Positions 8,561 to 17,119 of a stretch of DNA of 64,000 nt are shown piece by piece. Position 1 is the stretch's first letter; each line of letters begins with the position of its first letter. Origin of the DNA: a virus. Lineage: Duplodnaviria > Caudoviricetes. The translations under genes were made by a program, and so were the position numbers. The notes below the pieces were generated by a model that was given only the letters and a program-made list of their open reading frames with translations, was not told where the DNA came from and made no database searches. The stretch lies in the IMG/VR virus record IMGVR_UViG_3300045391_002568, positions 2,044-66,043 of that record; one strand, 5' to 3'.

Positions 8561-8769
8561 GCCGAATCGACAAGGTTATTTCCTCGATTCTGCTGGCGCT
8601 GGTCCTGGCGTTTGTCGTTGCGATTGTGGTGTACGTGCCGGCTTACGCTATCGCCGAGGCGTCCTGCCTCGAGAAGGGGTATCCCTCCTACTCGCTGACA
8701 TGGGATTTGCGGACGTTCTGCAAGAGCCTGGATGGCTCCGTGACCGTCAGCGTGCAGGAGATCCCATGA
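8557..8769 (+). CDS. Small membrane protein
   Basis: One N-terminal hydrophobic helix; GTGA overlap with upstream stop. Confidence 0.65.
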   Translation: MSRIDKVISSILLALVLAFVVAIVVYVPAYAIAEASCLEKGYPSYSLTWDLRTFCKSLDGSVTVSVQEIP

Positions 8770-9041
8770 GGATGCCGGTGGTGCGCATTCGCACGTTGCG
8801 CGGCAAAGCGGTGCGCGTCGCCTGCAAGAGCAATCCGGTAGCAGCCACCGGCGCTGGCTCACTGCGCTGCGAATCGCAGATCCAGCAGCTGGTGGAAGCA
8901 GGAAGTCTGGGCGAGGCGTATCGCCTAGCAATCAATCATTTCGAGGCCTGCGGGCGTGATGTGAAGCGCGTCAAGGCGCACTGCAGGCCTGATCACATCG
9001 CGCGACTCATCGAGGAAAGAAGCAATGGCGAAAGCCGCTGA
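8766..9041 (+). CDS. Hypothetical protein
   Basis: ATGA overlap at 8766; GGAG RBS. Confidence 0.55.
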   Translation: MRMPVVRIRTLRGKAVRVACKSNPVAATGAGSLRCESQIQQLVEAGSLGEAYRLAINHFEACGRDVKRVKAHCRPDHIARLIEERSNGESR

Positions 9042-9252
9042 ACCACTGCACGACTGCAACTGGAAGGGATGCAAAAAGCGCGTGCCGCGCAGCATGTGGG
9101 GCTGCATCGACCACTGGTCGAAGCTGCCGCGCATCTTGCGGGACAAGATCACGCGCACCTGGAATCGCGGACGCGGTTTCGGCACAACGAACTACCAAGC
9201 CGCGTGCCATGAGGCGCAGGCCTGGATCGCAACTCACGGAGACAAGACTTGA
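9025..9252 (+). CDS. Small Cys/His putative zinc-binding phage protein
   Basis: HDCNWKGCKKRVP..MWGC..HW..LP pattern. Confidence 0.7.
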   Translation: MAKAAEPLHDCNWKGCKKRVPRSMWGCIDHWSKLPRILRDKITRTWNRGRGFGTTNYQAACHEAQAWIATHGDKT

Positions 9253-11045
9253 AACTCGAACAACTGACCATCAGGAACTTCATGCGCGTGCGCGAGGCAG
9301 ACATCGACCTGTCGGGCGGCGCGCTGCACTGCTTCTGCGGCGCGAACGAGGCCGGCAAGTCGAGCATCAGCGAGGCAATCCGCTTCGCGCTACTGGGCGA
9401 TACGCCGCGCATCGACCTGAAGAAGAACTTCGGGATGCTGTTGAGCGGGTCCGAGAAGAAGGGCAGTGTGCAGCTGGTCGCCGATGGCGGGACGATCCAG
9501 ATCATGCGCGACGTGGCCAGCGGCAAGGCGGTCACCGATCCCCTGTCGAACCTCGGCGCATCCACTGTTGCGGCCCTGCGCATCGCCCTGGGTGCGCAAG
9601 GCTTCGTCGACATGGACGCCGATGCGCGCCGAAAGATGCTCTTCGATGTGGTCGGCGTTTCGATGAGCCCCGACGAGGTGGCTGATCGCCTGGTGGCCAA
9701 GGGCCTGCCGAAGGAGATCGTCGACAAGCAGATCAAGCCGCTCCTGAAGGCCTCCGTAGATGCGGCGCTGGCCTCGGCAAAGGAAAAGCTGCGCGAGCGC
9801 CGCGCGCAGTGGACCGCCACCGCGCAGGAGCCGTTCGGCGAGCAGAAGGCCTACATGTGGGTAGCGCCGGAGCCCGCCAAGCCGAGCAAAACCGCCGCGG
9901 CCATCAAGGACATAGACGAGGCCGTGAAGGCGGTGGAGCAGCTGGACAGGGACACCGAGGCCGCGGCGACCGATGTGGGCGCCAAGCAGGCCGGCGCGCA
10001 GCAGCGCCGCACGTTCGATGAACAGCTGCATCGCCTCGACAACTTCGTCGCCAACAAGTCTCAGATCCAGGCCGACAAGCGCAAGATCGAGGCCGAAATC
10101 TCTACCCTGAAGGACCAGATCAGCACCCACGAGGAAATGCTCGATCGCATCGCCGCCTCGGAAGTGAAGCACCTGGAGTGCCCGAAGTGCGAGCAGCCCC
10201 TGCAGCTGAGCGCGGATGGCGAGGAGCTCGAGTTCGCAACCCCGCAAGAGCCATTCGTGGATGTCGAAGGCGCGCCTAAGCGCCGCGAGGAGCTGGCCCA
10301 GTTCCGGGCGCGCCTGAAGGTACTGGACGGCGAGCTCGCTCAGAACGTGAAGCGCCTCGATGCCATCGCAAACCAGGCGGAGTTGTCGCGGACCATCAAG
10401 GAACAGCAGGCGAAGCTGCCAACCGAGAAGGACCTTGCGGACGCCGAAAAGAAGCTGAACGATCTGCGCCAGCGCCTGCACGTCGAGCGCGAGACAGTGC
10501 AGGAGGCCCTTGAGCACAGGCGCCGCGTGAATCTGGCGGCCGAGACGACCCGGCGCGCCGCCGAGATCTTCAAGTCCTGGCAGTTCTGGTCGCGCGCCGT
10601 GGAGCTGCTGGAGCCGAGCGGCGTGCCCGGCGAGATCCTCTCCGAAGCGATGGAGAAGATGAATCGCAGGCTGGCCGCATCGGCGGGCCTGGCCGGCTGG
10701 GGCGCGCCGTACATCAATGACGACATGAGCATCGTCCGGATCTCCGAGGACGAGGATGCAGCCGAGCGGCCGTACTCGCTGCTGTCCGAGTCGGCGAAGT
10801 GGCGCGTATCGGCCGTCATCGCCGAGGTCATCAGTTCAATGGCGGGCATGAACCTGCTGATCCTCGATCGCTGGGATGTGCTCGATGGCGCCGGGCGGCT
10901 GCAGTTCATGCGATGGGTGCGCAGGCTCGCTTCCGACAGCTTCGACACGGTTATCACGATGGCCACACTCAAGGGGTCGCCGAAGGAGAAGCCGAAGCTC
11001 GAAGGTTTCGAGGTGCACTGGGTCGAGGATGGTGTGGTGTCATGA
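9249..11045 (+). CDS. SbcC/Rad50-like SMC ATPase
   Basis: Walker A GANEAGKSS, long coiled coils, zinc hook CPKC, signature-like LLSESAKW, Walker B LILDRWD. Confidence 0.85.
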   Translation: MKLEQLTIRNFMRVREADIDLSGGALHCFCGANEAGKSSISEAIRFALLGDTPRIDLKKNFGMLLSGSEKKGSVQLVADGGTIQIMRDVASGKAVTDPLSNLGASTVAALRIALGAQGFVDMDADARRKMLFDVVGVSMSPDEVADRLVAKGLPKEIVDKQIKPLLKASVDAALASAKEKLRERRAQWTATAQEPFGEQKAYMWVAPEPAKPSKTAAAIKDIDEAVKAVEQLDRDTEAAATDVGAKQAGAQQRRTFDEQLHRLDNFVANKSQIQADKRKIEAEISTLKDQISTHEEMLDRIAASEVKHLECPKCEQPLQLSADGEELEFATPQEPFVDVEGAPKRREELAQFRARLKVLDGELAQNVKRLDAIANQAELSRTIKEQQAKLPTEKDLADAEKKLNDLRQRLHVERETVQEALEHRRRVNLAAETTRRAAEIFKSWQFWSRAVELLEPSGVPGEILSEAMEKMNRRLAASAGLAGWGAPYINDDMSIVRISEDEDAAERPYSLLSESAKWRVSAVIAEVISSMAGMNLLILDRWDVLDGAGRLQFMRWVRRLASDSFDTVITMATLKGSPKEKPKLEGFEVHWVEDGVVS

Positions 11046-12808
11046 TCCCCATTCCAGCCGATGTGCTGAAACAGCACGTCATCGCGCTGGGCAAGACGCG
11101 CAGCGCCAAGTCCTCGAAGCTGCGCGTGCTGGTGGAGCACATCCTGTCCGCCGGCCAGCACCCCGTCATCATCATCGACCCGAAAGGGGACTGGTGGGGA
11201 CTGAAAGTATCGGCGGACGGCCGCGGCGCCGGCTTCCCGCTGGTGATCTTCGGCGGCGAGCATGCCGATGTTTCGATCAACGGCGAAAGCGGCGGCCACA
11301 TCGCCGAGCTGCTGTGCAGCGGCAACCGCTCGGCCATTCTGGACGTAAGCGGCATGACCATCGGCGAGCGGACGCGGTTCTTCGTCGATGTCGCGGCCGG
11401 GCTGTTCCGCCACTCGAAGGGCATTCGGTACGTGGTGCCCGACGAGGTGCACAACTTCGCCCCGAAGGGCCGTATGTTCGATCCGGAGGCAGCCAAGTGT
11501 CTGCACTGGGCGAATCGCCTGGCCAGCGAAGGACAGGGGAAGGGTCTGATCCTGCTGGCCGCGAGCCAGCGGCCGCAGAAGGTGCACAACGACTTCCTGA
11601 CGAGTTGCGAGACGCTGATCGCCTGCAAGGTGATTCACAAGGCGGACCGCGACGCAATCAAGGATTGGGTCGATGGCTGCGCCGACCCGGCTGCCGGCAA
11701 GGCGGTCGTCGCCGGCGTCGCGCAGCTGAAGAAGCCCGAAGCGTGGGTGTGGTCACCAGAGATCGACTTCGGGCCGCGCCTGGTGCATTGGCCGATGTTC
11801 TCCACGTTCGACAGTTTCAAGCAGCAAGATCCGGGCGATGTTCCGCCGACCGGCTGGGCGAGCGTCGACCTTGAGGACGTGAAGGCTCGGCTTGCAGCCG
11901 TGGTGAAGGATGCGGTCGACAATGATCCGAAGGCGCTGCGCGCGCGCATCCGCGAGCTGGAGTCGGCGCTGAAGCGCGGCGACGATATGGGCTTCGATGG
12001 CGGCCACAAGAACGGCTACGACACCGGCCATAGCCACGGATACAACAAGGGCATCGCCGAAGGCCGCGAGCAGGGCGCCAGGGAAATGGTATCCCGCCTG
12101 CGCGAGCCGCTGCAGCGGTACATCGAGGCGACGCAACGAATCATGGCAAACTTGCACGCCATGGCCCCAGCGCCGATTGTGTCCGCCGGCGACACACCCG
12201 GAGATCGGATCCGAATCTCGCCACCAGCCAGTGCAGTGTCCCGGCCAGCAGTTCGAGAGGCGCAGAGCGCGCTGAACCTTGGCCGCGCCCGCGCACTGCG
12301 CACTGCGGCCAATGGGCTTGCGCCGGTGCAGCAGCGCATCCTGGACGCGCTGGCCGAGCTGAAGGTCTGGTATGCGATGCCGGCTCCGACGCGACAAGTC
12401 GTGGGCTTCATGGCTGGCTACGCCAACACGCGCAGCAAGGGGTTTGCGAACGCATTGAGCTCTCTGAGCAGCTCGGGCCTGGTGACGTACCCACAGGTCG
12501 GGCAGGTCTCGCTGACCGAGAAGGGGGAGGGCATGGCGCTTCTCAGCGATGCGCCGCGTGACAGCGCCGACCTGCAGAGGCGGGTGTTCGAGCGACTGGA
12601 GCCCGTGCACCGGCGCATCCTTGAGCCGCTGATCGCCGCGTACCCCAAGCCGATGCCGCGCGAGCTAGTGGCGGCGAAGGCGAGCTACGAGAACACGCGC
12701 AGCAAGGGATTCAGCAATGCGATGAGCCGGCTATCATCGCTGGGTCTGGTGCATTACCCACGCAGCGGAGAAGTTGCCGCTGCGCCCGTACTGTTCAGGG
12801 AGTTCTGA
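11042..12808 (+). CDS. HerA/FtsK-like ATPase with tandem C-terminal winged-helix repeats
   Basis: HVIALGKTRSAKS (Walker A variant), IIIDPKGDW, DEVHNFAP, ASQRPQ; two repeats ending GL(V)xYP; ATGA overlap at 11042. Confidence 0.8.
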   Translation: MIPIPADVLKQHVIALGKTRSAKSSKLRVLVEHILSAGQHPVIIIDPKGDWWGLKVSADGRGAGFPLVIFGGEHADVSINGESGGHIAELLCSGNRSAILDVSGMTIGERTRFFVDVAAGLFRHSKGIRYVVPDEVHNFAPKGRMFDPEAAKCLHWANRLASEGQGKGLILLAASQRPQKVHNDFLTSCETLIACKVIHKADRDAIKDWVDGCADPAAGKAVVAGVAQLKKPEAWVWSPEIDFGPRLVHWPMFSTFDSFKQQDPGDVPPTGWASVDLEDVKARLAAVVKDAVDNDPKALRARIRELESALKRGDDMGFDGGHKNGYDTGHSHGYNKGIAEGREQGAREMVSRLREPLQRYIEATQRIMANLHAMAPAPIVSAGDTPGDRIRISPPASAVSRPAVREAQSALNLGRARALRTAANGLAPVQQRILDALAELKVWYAMPAPTRQVVGFMAGYANTRSKGFANALSSLSSSGLVTYPQVGQVSLTEKGEGMALLSDAPRDSADLQRRVFERLEPVHRRILEPLIAAYPKPMPRELVAAKASYENTRSKGFSNAMSRLSSLGLVHYPRSGEVAAAPVLFREF

Positions 12809-12809
12809 A

Positions 12810-13559
12810 ATGAAAAGTTCGAGATCCATCATCATCGCCGCGTTGCTGATCCTATCCACGCCGGCGCTGCCCACCAACACCAAGCCGCCGGCGGATCCTG
12901 CCGCGCAAGTGCCGCAGCCGGTCAGCGCCGCCGCGACCGCTGACGCGCACGCATCCGCCGCCGCGCAGTCCGCCGCCGCGGCGCGCGCGCAGCAGGCGCA
13001 GCAGCAGGTATTGCGCGCCAGCACCGCGAACACCCTGGCGGCATCCGGGGGTGCAGGCGGGGGTGGTGGCGCTGGCGGGGATTCCGCATCCAGCTCGTCA
13101 GCGGAAGGCGGCAGCGCCAGCGGCGTGGGCGATGTCGATGTAGGCGGGGATGTGACGCGTTACCGCAGCACCGCCATCGCGCTGGCAGTGCCCGGCGCCA
13201 CAGCCGCGCCCGCCGTGCCTGGTGAATGCCTGCGCCACACGCGCGGATGGTCTGCCGGCATGGGCGCCGCCGCCGCGTCGGGCGGTACCAAGTTCGATGA
13301 GCGCCAGTGCGATCGCGTGCATTGCCTGGCCATCGCCGATCGCTACGCGCACGCGGGCCTGATGCAGGCGATGGCCGACCAGCTGGCGACATGCGGCGGC
13401 GTGCACGGCGTTCGGGTTGTGGTTCCGCCGGCGGCCGCCGCGTCACCTGCTGCGCGCGTCACCAATGAGCCTGCCGTGAAACCTGCCGACCTGGATGCGC
13501 TGGAGCAGAGGCTGATGGATCGCATGGACCGGCAGTTCATCCGGTCGCTGGGAAAGTAG
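12810..13559 (+). CDS. Exported protein with Ala/Gly/Ser-rich linker and Cys-rich C-domain
   Basis: Signal-like MKSSRSIIIAALLILSTPALP; four Cys in the C-terminal domain. Confidence 0.65.
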   Translation: MKSSRSIIIAALLILSTPALPTNTKPPADPAAQVPQPVSAAATADAHASAAAQSAAAARAQQAQQQVLRASTANTLAASGGAGGGGGAGGDSASSSSAEGGSASGVGDVDVGGDVTRYRSTAIALAVPGATAAPAVPGECLRHTRGWSAGMGAAAASGGTKFDERQCDRVHCLAIADRYAHAGLMQAMADQLATCGGVHGVRVVVPPAAAASPAARVTNEPAVKPADLDALEQRLMDRMDRQFIRSLGK

Positions 13560-13566
13560 CAGGCAA

Positions 13567-13603
13567 GAAAAAAGCCCGGAACCGCGAGGCGCCGGGCTTA
13601 AAA
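13567..13603. terminator. Intrinsic terminator between convergent operons
   Basis: AAGCCCGG-loop-CCGGGCTT stem (13572-13599) with an A-run on the left (U-tract on minus). Confidence 0.7.
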
Positions 13604-13633
13604 GCGCAAGTTCTTCCGGGGTCAGAGCATACC

Positions 13634-13843
13634 CTAACCGCGACCGATTTCGACAGGCTCGTGACTCTTTCGGGCCTCGCGTTCGATGCCATCCATCATC
13701 CGCCGCTCTTCGCGGTCCACCGCCACCTCGCGCGGCGCATTGATCCCGAGCCGCACCTGGTTGCCCTTGATGCCGAGCACCGTCACCGACACGTTGTCAC
13801 CGATGATGATGGACTCGTCCGGTCGTCGCGTGATGATCAGCAT
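13634..13843 (-). CDS. csrA: CsrA/RsmA translational regulator homologue
   Basis: [46 protein letters not shown] closely follows the CsrA consensus; GGAGAGG RBS. Confidence 0.9.
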   Translation of the reverse strand: MLIITRRPDESIIIGDNVSVTVLGIKGNQVRLGINAPREVAVDREERRMMDGIEREARKSHEPVEIGRG

Positions 13844-14247
13844 GCTTCCTCTCCAATGATGTTGCTCGATTTCTGACTGAGTTCGTGGTCGCGGCGCTGC
13901 CGGATCTCGCGGAAGGCGAGGTGCCCGCCGATGGCGCGCGCCACTGCAGGCCACACAGACGCAGGAACAATGATGGACACGTTGCGTCCAGTGTCGTGGT
14001 CCGAAGCGGCAAGGCACAGTTTACCGTCTGCACCCACCGAGACGGACACGGGTCGCGCCGGGTCGATGTAGATGGTCTGCCGGCGGGGCCTGCGCGTCGT
14101 GCGCTGAGCCAGCACCCTGCCGCAGTGTCCGCAGTGGCAGTTGGCGCTCGCCGGGTCTATCACGGGGTCATGCGTGCGCCAGAGGACGCACTTGACCCAG
14201 GCGCACAGGGAGAGTGGCGGCGGCTTCACTGGTTCAGTCTCCGGCAC
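13837..14247 (-). CDS. Hypothetical protein with Cys-rich N-terminal motif
   Basis: ORF track; CHCGHC motif. Confidence 0.55.
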   Translation of the reverse strand: MPETEPVKPPPLSLCAWVKCVLWRTHDPVIDPASANCHCGHCGRVLAQRTTRRPRRQTIYIDPARPVSVSVGADGKLCLAASDHDTGRNVSIIVPASVWPAVARAIGGHLAFREIRQRRDHELSQKSSNIIGEEAC

Positions 14248-14594
14248 AGCCTGTCTATCTCGTCCTGGTCGAGCGCCTCGACTTCACCGCAATTGGTTGC
14301 GATGTCGTTCAGCAGTTCGGGCAGGGAGTCCTGGGCATCGGTGTAATACTCCTGGAGCATCCGCAGGCCAGCCAAGACCGATCCGAGCTCGCGGGCATCG
14401 AGCGTGGCAGTGGTGATCGAAGAGTCCTTGCCAGTGTCGTGCGCCGTGAGGACGTTGCGCGCGCCCTCCAGGGCGTCATGGAGCATCTTGCCGTGGTGTT
14501 CCGTCGCCTGACGGAAACTGCACACGACGGCGAGTGCGGTTTCTGCCTTGCGCAGCGCCTCGATGGCGCTGGCCGGCTGGGTGGTGGTTTTCAT
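14226..14594 (-). CDS. Hypothetical protein
   Basis: ATGA overlap at 14594; ELGSVLAGLRMLQ...[12 protein letters not shown]-terminus. Confidence 0.65.
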   Translation of the reverse strand: MKTTTQPASAIEALRKAETALAVVCSFRQATEHHGKMLHDALEGARNVLTAHDTGKDSSITTATLDARELGSVLAGLRMLQEYYTDAQDSLPELLNDIATNCGEVEALDQDEIDRLCRRLNQ

Positions 14595-14791
14595 GGCTTG
14601 CAATCCTCGGCGGTGAATGGCGGCACGCTTATCCCCTCGTGGAGGATCAGCGAGCACTGGTAATTGGTGGGTGGCACCTGCATGCGGTCGCGGTAGGCAA
14701 GGTAGATGCCATTGGCGACGATCAGCAGGAAGGCGATGATGAACAGCACGCCGGCTGCCGTATCGACGCGGTTGCGCTGATCGGAGTTCAT
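14591..14791 (-). CDS. Small single-pass membrane protein
   Basis: Hydrophobic AAGVLFIIAFLLIVANGIYLAY; coupled overlaps on both sides. Confidence 0.65.
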   Translation of the reverse strand: MNSDQRNRVDTAAGVLFIIAFLLIVANGIYLAYRDRMQVPPTNYQCSLILHEGISVPPFTAEDCKP

Positions 14792-15060
14792 GCATCACCA
14801 TCCTTGTCGTCACATCCAGATTCGCGCAACTCGAACCCAGCCTCGCGCATGTGGTCGGCGATGGCCGAGAGCGTGTCACTCTCCCATTCCCGCCCATCCA
14901 TCTCGCCATGAATGGCGGTCAGCGCGCGGTCAGCGGCCTCAATCTGCGCCACGGCAAAGTTGATCTCTTTGGCAGTGAAGTCGCCGCCCCCGATATGCGC
15001 GCCGTTTCCCTGGGCGGCGTGCTTGAGGTTGGCGACCAGCATGCGGAGGTGCTCGTTCAT
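14788..15060 (-). CDS. Hypothetical protein
   Basis: ORF track; coupled overlaps. Confidence 0.65.
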   Translation of the reverse strand: MNEHLRMLVANLKHAAQGNGAHIGGGDFTAKEINFAVAQIEAADRALTAIHGEMDGREWESDTLSAIADHMREAGFELRESGCDDKDGDA

Positions 15061-15305
15061 GATTCGCTCCTGGCCGCGCGCTGGGCGCGGAGTTCAAGGT
15101 TTTCGGCGTGCCGCAGCGCGCCCTCGGCGGATTTGATGGATCGTTGAACGTAGTCGGCAGCCTTGTGGGAGCCGGCGTCGCGCAGGGTCGCGCGCGCAAT
15201 GCGCAGGGACGCGATTGCCGTTTCGATTCTGGTCTTGCGCCCCCATGCCTTGAGGACGGTCAGCTGAACCGGCTCGCGCCGCCCCTTTGGGGTGGCGGCG
15301 CTCAT
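15057..15305 (-). CDS. Hypothetical basic helical protein
   Basis: ORF track; coupled overlaps. Confidence 0.65.
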   Translation of the reverse strand: MSAATPKGRREPVQLTVLKAWGRKTRIETAIASLRIARATLRDAGSHKAADYVQRSIKSAEGALRHAENLELRAQRAARSES

Positions 15306-15772
15306 GGGCGCACGACCTTGGCGACATTCAGCGCCTCCTCGGCCAGCGCCAAGCCGCTGTCACGGTAGGCCATGCGCCGTTCCGCCTCAGAGTCGGAAAA
15401 CTCCGGGTAGACCGCAGATACGGCCGCCCACGGTTCGTGCTTCCATGTCGATGATCGGTAGGCGGCCAATCTTGCGACGAAGCGGCGGGCGTGAGCCTCG
15501 GCGCCCAGCTGCCAGCCCGCGTCAGGGAACGCCAGCACCACCAGCGGTGCGGAACAATCCTCCTCGAAGATGCCCGCGCGATGATCCGGCGTGAACTTGA
15601 GGACATCAGGCATCGCCGCCACGCGTTCGCGTGACAGCAGATACCCGCCATGGCTCGGCGTGCTCACGAAGGCGATGCCGGGCGCGATGACTTCCACCGC
15701 TTCGATGCGGCCCCACGGCGACGTTCCGCCTACCAATGGCGGCGGGGTGTTGGGGAATTCCGGGCTGCTCAC
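15302..15772 (-). CDS. DUF7007-like protein
   Basis: SPWG..EAVEVIAPGIAFVSTPSHGGYLLS.ER..AMP...FEEDC...LVVLAFP motif. Confidence 0.65.
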   Translation of the reverse strand: MSSPEFPNTPPPLVGGTSPWGRIEAVEVIAPGIAFVSTPSHGGYLLSRERVAAMPDVLKFTPDHRAGIFEEDCSAPLVVLAFPDAGWQLGAEAHARRFVARLAAYRSSTWKHEPWAAVSAVYPEFSDSEAERRMAYRDSGLALAEEALNVAKVVRP

Positions 15773-16386
15773 AGCAGCCCCCTTTCGGCAAGGCTCGTCA
15801 CGCGATCCTCGCCAACAATCAAATGATCCAGCACCCGCACATCCACCAGCCCCAGCGCGTCCTTCAATCGCCGCGTGACCAGCTCATCGGCCTGACTGGG
15901 CTCTGCCACGCCGGAAGGATGGTTGTGCGCAAATATCACCGCTGCGGCGTTGTGCTTGAGGGTGTCTCGCACCACCTCGCGCGGATGCACGCTGGCGCCG
16001 TCGATGGTTCCCCGGAACAGTTCGCTGAAGGCGATCAGCCGATGCCGGTTGTCCAGAAACAGGCAGCAGAACACCTCATACGGCCGGTCGCGCAGCTGGG
16101 CCTTGAGGAAGTCGCGCGCAGCGGCTGGCGATGCCAAGAAAGACCCGCGCCGCATTTCTGCCAGCAGCGCGCGGCGGGAGAGTTCGAGCGCCGCCTGAAT
16201 GCGCCCGTAGCGGCCTGGGGTGAGTTCTTGCGGCTCGGACACGCACAGGTCACGCAGCGAGCCAGCCTGCATGAGGCAGCCTGCGGCAATCTTCTCGGTG
16301 GTGCCCATGAGGCGCGCCAGCAGCTGCACATCGGTCAGCTGCGCCACGGCCCTGTCCGCGTAGGACATGACAGAAGCGCCGCTCAC
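15769..16386 (-). CDS. radC: RadC (JAB/MPN domain, UPF0758)
   Basis: YEVFCCLFLD..HRLI...ELFRGTIDGASVHPREV...AVIFAHNHPSG..EPSQAD..VT..L..AL..VDVRVLDHLIVG; shortened N-terminal region. Confidence 0.92.
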   Translation of the reverse strand: MSGASVMSYADRAVAQLTDVQLLARLMGTTEKIAAGCLMQAGSLRDLCVSEPQELTPGRYGRIQAALELSRRALLAEMRRGSFLASPAAARDFLKAQLRDRPYEVFCCLFLDNRHRLIAFSELFRGTIDGASVHPREVVRDTLKHNAAAVIFAHNHPSGVAEPSQADELVTRRLKDALGLVDVRVLDHLIVGEDRVTSLAERGLL

Positions 16387-16886
16387 AGGCAGCGCTCCAC
16401 GTCGAAGGTCGACATCGCGGCGTTGAAGCCGTCCGCGTCGTCCTTGGAATAGCTCCAGTCGGTCAGCACGTCCTGACCGTTGCCCAGCACCAGCAGCACG
16501 CGGTATTCGGACTGCTGGCGCGCAAGGCGCGAGAGGGTGCGCTTCTCGGTGGGGATGAAGCGCAGCGAAACCTCATCCAGATTGAAGGTGAGTTCCATCG
16601 CCTCGCGCTGCGGGTCGGTCACGCGTTCGGTCAGCAGTTCCGTGCGCTCCTCCCCGTCCCACACCGCGTTGATGGAGAACCCATTGGCGGTGAGGTGGCG
16701 AATCAGGTTCCAGACAATGCGCCGCTCCAGCACGCTGTTCGCATGCAGGCTAACCGGCACAGGCGGGGCCATGATCGGCCGCTCGCCCGCATAACGAAGC
16801 CCAGCCCGGATATCGGCAATGCGCCGGTCAATGCTCAGGGCGGGCGGCTGTTCGATGGGAGGCAGGTGTACGGTTGAATCGTTCAT
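16383..16886 (-). CDS. Hypothetical protein
   Basis: ORF track; AGGAG RBS. Confidence 0.65.
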   Translation of the reverse strand: MNDSTVHLPPIEQPPALSIDRRIADIRAGLRYAGERPIMAPPVPVSLHANSVLERRIVWNLIRHLTANGFSINAVWDGEERTELLTERVTDPQREAMELTFNLDEVSLRFIPTEKRTLSRLARQQSEYRVLLVLGNGQDVLTDWSYSKDDADGFNAAMSTFDVERCL

Positions 16887-16933
16887 CGGTGTCGTCTCCT
16901 ACGGTCGTTTGTTGTTCGTGTGTCAGCAGAGGA

Positions 16934-17119
16934 TCAGTCGAGCACTCCGGGGGCCGGCAGGCCCCGCTCGGTGTAACAATCGGTGATGGCCTGATCGGTC
17001 AGTTCACTGGCGCGCGCGCAGGCCAGCGCGGCAGCTTGCGCATCCTGCTGGCGGCTGACGCATCCAGTCAGCGCCACCACCAGCAGGCACGCAGGCAGGA
17101 CAGCGAGCGGCCGGCGCAT
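16934..17119 (-). CDS. Small lipoprotein
   Basis: MRRPLAVLPACLLVVALTG-C lipobox; two further Cys. Confidence 0.7.
   Translation of the reverse strand: MRRPLAVLPACLLVVALTGCVSRQQDAQAAALACARASELTDQAITDCYTERGLPAPGVLD

Noticed and set aside
10799-11041. N-terminal extension of the HerA ORF
   Set aside because: Overlaps the SbcC C-terminus; ATGA coupling at 11042 fits the domain start
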